DNA from: Thermoproteus tenax Kra 1
GTDB taxonomy: Archaea; Thermoproteota; Thermoprotei; Thermoproteales; Thermoproteaceae
NCBI RefSeq assembly: GCF_000253055.1
Contig: NC_016070.1
Span: 120,001 to 152,000 of the forward strand
Reading direction: 5' to 3'
Length of the DNA stretch: 32,000 bases
Position 1 is the stretch's first letter. The number at the start of each line of letters is the position of its first letter. This document shows positions 25,304 through 32,000 of this stretch, piece after piece. Both the position numbers and the translations under genes were made by a program. A model generated the notes under the pieces. It saw only the letters and a program-made list of their open reading frames with translations. It had not been told where the DNA came from and made no database searches.

Positions 25304-25810
25304 GTGAATTATAAGGCTCTGTTGACCTCGGCCTATCTGCTCGGCGCCGCGGCCATAGCTATAGCCATATACCTCATACTCGTGCCCTACTCTGTTACAA
25401 CATACTATATTGGTCCTCTGAGACCGATGAACATATCGGTGGACGGCAACATAGTCTTGATATTCATCAACAACACGGGAGAGAGCACCATCCATATCCC
25501 AGTGACAGTGGGTGAGTCGGTCTTAGGAGTGAGCTTCGTCAACAACGCCACCCTAGTGGCGGGGGCCCACACTGTGGCACTCTACAATTTCTCATACCCT
25601 AAGTATGTATCATTTAATCAAACATTTGAAAATGTGAAAATTACAATAAAAGGTATAAAAATACCATTAATAAATAAAATATTAACTCTAATAATGATAA
25701 TTTTATTTATATTAATGATGGCACTGTTAATAATCGGATATCTATTTTATATTCAACATAGTGCAAGTAGGAGATCTTTTACAGACAGAGGAATACTTAA
25801 AAACAATTAA
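25304..25810 (+). CDS. Hypothetical bitopic membrane protein (N- and C-terminal TM helices) at the head of the ABC operon
   Basis: The track ORF opens at 25232 inside the tRNA-derived sequence. GTG 25304 (VNYKALLTSAYLLGAAAIAIAIYLILVP) is the more plausible start. The C-terminal TM and tail are encoded by very AT-rich DNA. Confidence 0.5.
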   Translation: MNYKALLTSAYLLGAAAIAIAIYLILVPYSVTTYYIGPLRPMNISVDGNIVLIFINNTGESTIHIPVTVGESVLGVSFVNNATLVAGAHTVALYNFSYPKYVSFNQTFENVKITIKGIKIPLINKILTLIMIILFILMMALLIIGYLFYIQHSASRRSFTDRGILKNN

Positions 25811-25823
25811 ATGGGAGTAGTCT

Positions 25824-28484
25824 ATGTCGGCCAGAAAAACAACGATAACGGCGGCGCTCATAGCTGTCTTGGTTCTGTCCGTATATCTCGCCCACGCCCA
25901 AACGACGATGCCGCAGACGGTCACAGTGCTGGAGGTGCCAACAGACCAAGTGCCACTATATTTCCAGAGCGGTAAAATAGACCTATATCTCAACCCCTGG
26001 GCCCTTCCGCCGAACATAATAGCGCAGCTACAGCAGAACCCGAACATAACCTTTGTGAGCCCCGGCATGATATCTGCATACGATCTGCTCTTCAACCCAT
26101 ATCCGAGCAATAAGACGTTCAACCCGTTCGCCTATAGGCAGTTCCGCTTCCTCATGAACTATCTAGTCGACAGAAGCGGAATAGTACAACAGGTGTTCCA
26201 CGGTCTGGCCACTCCGATGGTGACTTGGCCCGGCCCCTTCGCTCTGAATAGCTACATCCTAATGTTGCCCTTCGTATCTCAATACAACATCCACTACGAC
26301 CCTACCTATGTCAATGCATCTATATGGAGCCTCTTTAAGCAGATAAACCAGACGGACCCTGTTTGGCACGGCAGAATCTTGTGGATGAATAGCAAGTGGT
26401 ACTACATCCCGCCGAACTCCACCACTCCGCAGCCGGTGACTATAATATTCTTTATAAGAAGCGACGACCCATACCGCAATCAGATGGGCTTGATGTTCAC
26501 CGAGGCCCTGCAATCGTTGGGCTTCACAGTTAAGCCCATCTACGGCACATTGACTGACGCCCTTAACACAGTGTACGGCTCCAACCCTGCCGACATGCAG
26601 TGGCAGATCTACACTGAGGCCTGGAGCATAACTCCACAGCCTTGGGACACCAGCGCCGGCGCATACTTCTGTGCTTCCTGGAGTGGCGATATGCCTGGTT
26701 GGGGCGAGCCCGGATGGTGGCAGTACGCCAACGCCACGATAGACCAAATAACGCAGCAAGTCTCCTCGGGCAACTTCACGAGCTTGGAGCAATTCAAGCA
26801 GCTCTCGAAGGTAGCTCTGGACGACTGTTTCGCCGAGGCCGTCAGAGTCTGGCAAGTGGCTAGGGCAGCGGCGTATCCCGTCGTCTCCAATCTGAGGGAC
26901 TATATGCCCTCCGTCTTGGGCCTTGAGACTCCGTCTGGAGTCAAGTTCGCCTATGTGCCCGGCAAGACCACGTTGACCGTCGGCATGTTGCACGTAAGGC
27001 AGTTCCCATGGAACCCCATATCTTGGATCATATCTATGGACGCCTATACAGCTGACGATGTATTGGGATGGCTGTTCGACCCATTCATGGCCTACGACCC
27101 ATTCTCGGGAGAGCCAATACCGTACAGAGGGGCGTGGAGCGTCCAGCTGAGCCCCAACGGCTCAGCCATATACCCAGTGCCTCCCACGGCGGTCGTCTGG
27201 AACGCGACCTTGGGCAAGTGGGTCCAGATAGGGTCGGGCCATACGGCCAAGGCCGTGATCAGATATTACTACAACGGGACTTGGCTCGGCACGAACTGGC
27301 AGGATGGACAGCCAATAACTATGGCTGATGTGTTGATGTATTGGTATTGGACGTTCGATCTGGCCCAGGGCGCGCCCGACCTCGGCGCCAGCGCCCAGTA
27401 CATAAGCGACCTACAAGGCGCGCTGCAGCCCGGCGTGAGCACAATAGTTGGAGTTCAATTCTTCCCCAATGGTACCGTCGTGGTGTATTCCAACTACTGG
27501 TTCCCCGACCCCAATATAGTCGGCGCATATTACGCTCCGTACTACACTTGGTCGGTGCCGTGGGAGATCTATGCGGCCATGTTCCAGGCAATGAAGGACG
27601 GGAAGCTCGCGCTGACTAGGCCCGAGGCGCGCTCTATGAAGGTGCCTCAAGCCGATCTCACCGCCAAGGACAGTGCCCAGATCTTGGCCCAATATCTGGC
27701 CAACTGGAGCAACACCGGATACATCTGGGACAACGGATCCTGGGCCTGCGTGCCCGGCGTAGGCTGTATGTTGAACAAGTCTCAAGCTGTGCAGGCCTAC
27801 CAAGCCGCTCTGAGCTTCTACAACCAGTACGGCCACCTCTTCATAAGCAATGGACCCTATATACTGAAGTCGATAGTATCCACTACGCCGCAGTCGGCGG
27901 TCTTCACTCTCTGGAGCGGGTATCCGTTCAACTACTCCTATTGGTACTACAAGCTGTACGGCGCATTGCCTTCAGTGCCGCCCAACCCGCTGGCGTCCGT
28001 GGTGTCTGTGTCGCCCACTACTATAGTGGCCGGCCAGCCCAACACTATAACTGTCTCAGTGCAAGCGATCGGCCTCCCGAGGGCCTACGTCTATATCACT
28101 AACCCGCAAGGCCAGGTGGTCTACAGCGGCACTGTATCTTCAAACACGCCGGGACAGCTCACAATATCACTGCCCGCCAGCGCTGTCCCAACGCCTGGCG
28201 TCTATACAGTGAACATGTTGCTCTACACTGACAAAGTGACTGTGCCGACTACCTACACGGCTACTATCGCCGCGGTCGGTGCCATAACGACGACAGCGAC
28301 CACAACCGCAACAGCGACTACTACGGCTACTGCAACAGCGACCACAACCGCAACAGCGACTACTACAGCGACAGTAACGACCACAGTGACAGCTCCAACG
28401 GTGCCCAGTTGGGTCTGGGCGCTCGTGGCCCTTGTGGTTATTCTAATAATAATAGTGGCCATATTGGCTATCAGAAGGCGCTAA
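25824..28484 (+). CDS. ABC transporter solute-binding protein, family 5 (Dpp/Opp type), membrane-anchored through a Thr/Ala-rich stalk and C-terminal TM
   Basis: 886 aa with signal peptide MSARKTTITAALIAVLVLSVYLAHAQ and many N-x-S/T sequons. The C-terminus is TTTATTTATATTTATATATTTATATTTATVTTTVTAPT, then a TM, then RRR. Two permease genes and an ATPase gene follow it. Confidence 0.75.
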   Translation: MSARKTTITAALIAVLVLSVYLAHAQTTMPQTVTVLEVPTDQVPLYFQSGKIDLYLNPWALPPNIIAQLQQNPNITFVSPGMISAYDLLFNPYPSNKTFNPFAYRQFRFLMNYLVDRSGIVQQVFHGLATPMVTWPGPFALNSYILMLPFVSQYNIHYDPTYVNASIWSLFKQINQTDPVWHGRILWMNSKWYYIPPNSTTPQPVTIIFFIRSDDPYRNQMGLMFTEALQSLGFTVKPIYGTLTDALNTVYGSNPADMQWQIYTEAWSITPQPWDTSAGAYFCASWSGDMPGWGEPGWWQYANATIDQITQQVSSGNFTSLEQFKQLSKVALDDCFAEAVRVWQVARAAAYPVVSNLRDYMPSVLGLETPSGVKFAYVPGKTTLTVGMLHVRQFPWNPISWIISMDAYTADDVLGWLFDPFMAYDPFSGEPIPYRGAWSVQLSPNGSAIYPVPPTAVVWNATLGKWVQIGSGHTAKAVIRYYYNGTWLGTNWQDGQPITMADVLMYWYWTFDLAQGAPDLGASAQYISDLQGALQPGVSTIVGVQFFPNGTVVVYSNYWFPDPNIVGAYYAPYYTWSVPWEIYAAMFQAMKDGKLALTRPEARSMKVPQADLTAKDSAQILAQYLANWSNTGYIWDNGSWACVPGVGCMLNKSQAVQAYQAALSFYNQYGHLFISNGPYILKSIVSTTPQSAVFTLWSGYPFNYSYWYYKLYGALPSVPPNPLASVVSVSPTTIVAGQPNTITVSVQAIGLPRAYVYITNPQGQVVYSGTVSSNTPGQLTISLPASAVPTPGVYTVNMLLYTDKVTVPTTYTATIAAVGAITTTATTTATATTTATATATTTATATTTATVTTTVTAPTVPSWVWALVALVVILIIIVAILAIRRR
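28293..28376 (+). repeat. 42-nt tandem duplication inside the SBP stalk-coding region
   Basis: acagcgaccacaaccgcaacagcgactactac occurs at 28293-28324 and again at 28335-28366. The period is 42 nt, equal to 14 codons of the T/A repeat. Confidence 0.85.
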
Positions 28485-28524
28485 AAGGAATAAAATAAAT
28501 ACCCCCCTTTTCTATATATTCTCT

Positions 28525-29631
28525 ATGGGTCTATTGAGAAGTCTTGCTCTCAGAGCAGTAAATCTGGCCATCATATTGTTCGTGGTTTTATTCGCTATAT
28601 CTTACGTATTGTCGGGCCCGGCTGCGCAGCTGTTGAAGTCGCAGATAGAGCTCGAGGCCAGAGCTCTGGTCTCCCAGCTCGCCAAATCAGGCCACTATAC
28701 GCCAGCCCAGATTCAGGAGCTCTACAACACTCTCGTCGATGAGCTCTCAAGATCCTATGGGCTGAATCAGCCCACGTTCATCAGAGTCTTCTATATAATA
28801 TACAACATGATGACGTTCAACTGGGGCTATTCTTATTTTCCCGATATATACGGGATAGCGTCCGGCAAAGTCTCTGACATTATCGCCTCGGCGTTGCCTG
28901 GAACCATTTTGTTGGACACCTTCGGCATACTATTGAGCGCCTTCATCGGCATACAGATAGGTCTCCGCTCCGCTCTTAAGTACGGCAGCAGAAGCGACAG
29001 AGCCGTCATGTACTACGGCGCAGTCTCCAACGGTCTGCCGCAGTGGTGGGTGGGCGTATTGTTGCTCCTAGTGTTCAGCTTCTACTTGGAGTCTTTGAAA
29101 TCGCCCATATACTTCCCAGCGGGGGGCATCTTAAGTCCGCAGTACTACTCCCTCTGGTTTACAAACCCAGGCGCCGTCTTCGTCAACCCTAAGACTCTGG
29201 CCGACCTTCTCTGGCACTTTGTGTTGCCTCTGGCGACCGTCCTAATAGTAAACATAGGAGGATGGGCCTACTTCGCCAGAACGGTCACGTTGAATGTGGC
29301 ACAAGAGGACTTTGTCACATTCGCCAAGGTGAGAGGGCTCCCGGAGGGCAGAGTCACCAGCCGTTATATTCTTAGGCCGGCGGCCCCCGCGATTCTGACG
29401 AGCATCATGTTGTCGCTACCGTTTATCATCTTCGGAGGCTTCATAATAACTGAGGCAGTATTTCGTTGGTGGGGCCTCGGCTACGTTTACAACTTGGCCA
29501 TCTTCGCCCCGACCCCCGATCTCCCCGTCATAGTGGCTCTAACTTATGCGTCTACTCTGCTCTATATCGTCTTAGTGCTCGTGTTGGAGGTGCTCTACAT
29601 AGTGTTGGATCCAAGGATAAGGTCGGAGTAG
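28525..29631 (+). CDS. ABC transporter permease (DppB/OppB type)
   Basis: 368 aa. The EAA-loop-like segment is FVTFAKVRGLPEGRVTSRYILRPAAPAILT, with six or more TM segments. Confidence 0.85.
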   Translation: MGLLRSLALRAVNLAIILFVVLFAISYVLSGPAAQLLKSQIELEARALVSQLAKSGHYTPAQIQELYNTLVDELSRSYGLNQPTFIRVFYIIYNMMTFNWGYSYFPDIYGIASGKVSDIIASALPGTILLDTFGILLSAFIGIQIGLRSALKYGSRSDRAVMYYGAVSNGLPQWWVGVLLLLVFSFYLESLKSPIYFPAGGILSPQYYSLWFTNPGAVFVNPKTLADLLWHFVLPLATVLIVNIGGWAYFARTVTLNVAQEDFVTFAKVRGLPEGRVTSRYILRPAAPAILTSIMLSLPFIIFGGFIITEAVFRWWGLGYVYNLAIFAPTPDLPVIVALTYASTLLYIVLVLVLEVLYIVLDPRIRSE

Positions 29632-29634
29632 GCC

Positions 29635-31038
29635 ATGTCCGCCAAGAGAGAGCTCAGAATACTGGGGATGACGCCGGGGGAGATATGGAGAGGCTTTATC
29701 TCAACGGCCACCGGGAAAATCGCCCTAATATTCTTCATAGTAATGGTGGCGTTCTCAGCGTATTCGTACATCGCTCTGCCCCCCAATTTCGGATCCCTGT
29801 GGAACACGCCGTCCTATTGGCAAGCTAATCCCAAGTATGCCCCTCCAGCTTGGATCAATCTGTTCACCAACAACGCATATTCTCCGCAGATTACGATAAC
29901 CGACTTCAACTTCACGGGCGGGTCCGCCAACGGTATGACCTACGCCATTATTACGTTCTCAGTGGACTACCACTACTTATACCCATGGCGCGACATGTTC
30001 CTCATAGTGAGGAACCCCGCTGTGTACAACGCCTCGACAGTGGCCTTAGTAACTGTGCAGAGGCCCGATGGACGCACGATACAGATAGGGCCTGTGGCCG
30101 TTGACCGCCAGTTCCTCTCGTTGGGCCTCACACCGCAAGTTGCATCGCAAGTAGACAGCTTCTATCAGCAGAACTTCGGCCTAGCCTCAGCTGTGCCGGC
30201 GGGCTCCTCGGCGGTTCCCTACTTCTTTTATACGATCGAAAATAATAAGCTCACTCCACTAAATGGTATTTATAAATTTACCATCAATATATATTCATTT
30301 ACCAATAAACATTTAATAAATAAAAATGATATATCAATAGTCTTGGAGGGACAAGTGTACGGGCTGATGGGCACTGACTACCTGGGGCACGACCTATGGC
30401 AAGGCCTCCTTGCGGGCTTTCCGATCGATCTCGCGGTCGGCCTCCTCACGGCGGCAATCGTTGTAACGTTGGCCATACTCGTGGGAGTCATCGCCGCATT
30501 CTACGGAGGGTTCGTCGACGAGGTGCTGACGAGGATCACCGACTTCTTCATTCTCCTGCCCGCTTTCCCGCTCTTAATAGTGTTCTCCGTCCTCTTCCAG
30601 TGGAGCATCTGGGACGCCGTGGTGTTCCTCGCCGCTGTGTCTTGGGGCGGCTCAGCCCGTATAATCAGGGCTATGATATTGCAGATCAAGAACTCGCCGT
30701 TTATCGAAAGCGCTGTGGCGGCGGGAGCGGGTAAGCTTTGGGTGCTCCGCAACCACATATTGCCCATGGTCATGCCCTATACTCTCTACCTCTTTGTCGT
30801 GAACGTGCCGGGAGGAATCTTGACGCTCTCGGCCATAAACTTCTTCAATCTGGCCGGCGCCGAGCTTCCCACGTGGGGCAACATACTGGCCTATGCGAAC
30901 GAATACGGCGCTCTGACGTCGGGCTATTGGTGGTGGGTCGTGCCGCCGGGCCTGCTGATCACCTTCGTGGCAGTGACATTCATATTCGTGGCCATGGGCC
31001 TCGAGCCCGTGGTTAATCCAAGGCTCAGACACGCATAG
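29635..31038 (+). CDS. ABC transporter permease (DppC/OppC type) with an enlarged extracytoplasmic loop after TM1
   Basis: 467 aa. The EAA-like segment is ESAVAAGAGKLWVLRNHILPMVMPY. About 215 residues lie between TM1 (KIALIFFIVMVAFSAYSYIAL) and the next TM. Confidence 0.85.
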   Translation: MSAKRELRILGMTPGEIWRGFISTATGKIALIFFIVMVAFSAYSYIALPPNFGSLWNTPSYWQANPKYAPPAWINLFTNNAYSPQITITDFNFTGGSANGMTYAIITFSVDYHYLYPWRDMFLIVRNPAVYNASTVALVTVQRPDGRTIQIGPVAVDRQFLSLGLTPQVASQVDSFYQQNFGLASAVPAGSSAVPYFFYTIENNKLTPLNGIYKFTINIYSFTNKHLINKNDISIVLEGQVYGLMGTDYLGHDLWQGLLAGFPIDLAVGLLTAAIVVTLAILVGVIAAFYGGFVDEVLTRITDFFILLPAFPLLIVFSVLFQWSIWDAVVFLAAVSWGGSARIIRAMILQIKNSPFIESAVAAGAGKLWVLRNHILPMVMPYTLYLFVVNVPGGILTLSAINFFNLAGAELPTWGNILAYANEYGALTSGYWWWVVPPGLLITFVAVTFIFVAMGLEPVVNPRLRHA

Positions 31039-31040
31039 CC

Positions 31041-32000
31041 ATGCCGCTCCTAGAGGTCAAAAACGCAAGGCTCTACTATCAGACGACCAAAGGGATACTC
31101 AGGGCGTTAGACGGCGTATCCTTCGAGTTGGGGGAAGGAGAGACGCTGGCCATAGTCGGCGAGACTGGCAGCGGCAAGTCGACGTTGGCCAAGCTGATAA
31201 CTAGGGTGTGGGAGAGGAACGTGGCTCTGGTCGACGGGGAGGTGTATCTTGAAAACGAGGAGATCCTCCACATGCCTGAAGAGAGGTTCAGAAAGGAGAT
31301 AAGGTGGCGCAAGGTAGCCATGGTGCCTCAAGCGTCTATGAATGCGCTCAACCCTGTGATTACCATCGGGGAGCAGATGGTGGAGCCCCTCGTGCTCCAA
31401 GGAGTGCCGAAACAAGAGGCCGTGCGCCTAGCCGCAGATTCGTTGGAGTCCGTAGGTCTCCCGAGGGACATCCTATCGAGATATCCTCACCAGCTCTCGG
31501 GCGGCATGAAGCAACGCGTGGTGATAGCCATGGCCATTATGGTGAGGCCGAAGTTGCTAATACTGGACGAGCCCACGTCGGCGCTCGACGTAATGACGCA
31601 AGCCAACATTATGAATCTCTTGAAGGAGCTCAAGAACAGGCTCAAGTTGAGCTACATCTTCATTACTCACGATCTGGCTCTGGCCAGCGAGCTCGCAGAC
31701 TCTGTGGCGGTAATGTACGCCGGCAAGATAGTGGAGATAGGAAGCGCGGACGACGTATACACAGCCCCGGCCCATCCGTATGCCCAAGGGCTGATGTCCA
31801 GTATGCCCACGCTGAGGACCGACAAGGCCCTCTCCTATATACCCGGCGAGGTGCCGAGCTTGATCGATCCGCCCAGAGGATGTCGCTTCCACCCGCGTTG
31901 TCCGTACTTCTCCAAGGAGCCTGGCCTCAGGGGGCTCTGCGACGCCGAGGAGCCGCCGCAGGCGGAGATATCGCCTTGGGCGCACCGCCGCCATCTGGCC
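31041..32000 (+). CDS. ABC transporter ATP-binding protein (DppD/OppD type), 3' end beyond the window
   Basis: Absent from the track because it has no stop in the window. Translation from ATG 31041 gives MPLLEVKNARLYY. It has Walker A GETGSGKST, signature LSGGMKQR, Walker B LLILDEPTSALD, and the Opp-type C-terminal motif HPYAQGL...PPRGCRFHPRCPY. Confidence 0.9.
   Translation, partial: MPLLEVKNARLYYQTTKGILRALDGVSFELGEGETLAIVGETGSGKSTLAKLITRVWERNVALVDGEVYLENEEILHMPEERFRKEIRWRKVAMVPQASMNALNPVITIGEQMVEPLVLQGVPKQEAVRLAADSLESVGLPRDILSRYPHQLSGGMKQRVVIAMAIMVRPKLLILDEPTSALDVMTQANIMNLLKELKNRLKLSYIFITHDLALASELADSVAVMYAGKIVEIGSADDVYTAPAHPYAQGLMSSMPTLRTDKALSYIPGEVPSLIDPPRGCRFHPRCPYFSKEPGLRGLCDAEEPPQAEISPWAHRRHLA

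Noticed and set aside
26259-26993. 244-aa minus-strand ORF inside the SBP gene, and similar antisense ORFs (643-1059, 1970-2410, 21573-22043, 27411-27836, 30652-31032)
   Set aside because: Each lies fully inside a well-supported gene on the other strand and has arginine/glycine/proline-rich composition typical of GC-rich antisense frames.
28253-28462. Minus-strand ORF with a VAV/VVV repeat, and the possibility of a CRISPR-like array
   Set aside because: It is the antisense shadow of the Thr/Ala stalk repeat of the SBP. The repeat is an in-frame 42-nt coding duplication without spacers.

Overview
This window looks like archaeal chromosome, about 55-60% G+C by eye. I infer a hyperthermophilic crenarchaeon of the Thermoproteales type. 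The grounds are TATA-like boxes about 25-30 nt upstream of many start codons (leaderless layout), frequent GTG/TTG starts, a CydA/CydA' oxidase pair, a thermopsin-family glycoprotein, an archaeal-type peroxiredoxin, and a membrane-anchored solute-binding protein with a Thr/Ala stalk.

Gene content, left to right:
- 1-8238: a branched-chain amino acid / leucine-type cluster. It has a LeuA-family gene and leuD on the minus strand, then ilvB-ilvN-ilvC-ilvE, a second LeuA-family gene and a cyclase-family gene on the plus strand, then leuC on the minus strand.
- 8482-12702: three CoA-transferase genes (two adjacent class III, one class I). They are separated from their neighbours and from each other by extremely AT-rich spacers.
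- 12729-15359: a MOP-type flippase and a threonine-synthase-like protein. The latter lacks the PLP lysine and carries a C-terminal winged-helix domain.
- 15451-19823: cydA, a CydA-like second subunit, and a thermopsin-like protein.
- 19843-22846: a peroxiredoxin, an MbfA-like ferritin-VIT1 fusion, and small membrane proteins.
- 22881-25300: an ORF-poor accessory-looking stretch. It holds a ~450-nt block of 70-75% G+C with no credible coding, a repeated 26-nt motif flanking two small ORFs, tRNA-Ala(GGC), a GNAT gene, and a second degenerate copy of the tRNA.
- 25304-32000: a Dpp/Opp-type ABC importer operon.

No CRISPR array, transposase, integrase or recognisable defence gene is visible.

The most unusual items are the ThrC-like pseudoenzyme/wHTH fusion, the GC-rich candidate structured-RNA block, the tRNA duplication bracketing a 1.2-kb islet, the CoA-transferase trio, and the short AT-rich synonymous-site islands inside otherwise GC-rich genes.

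All family assignments come from by-eye motif recognition. No database search was run.
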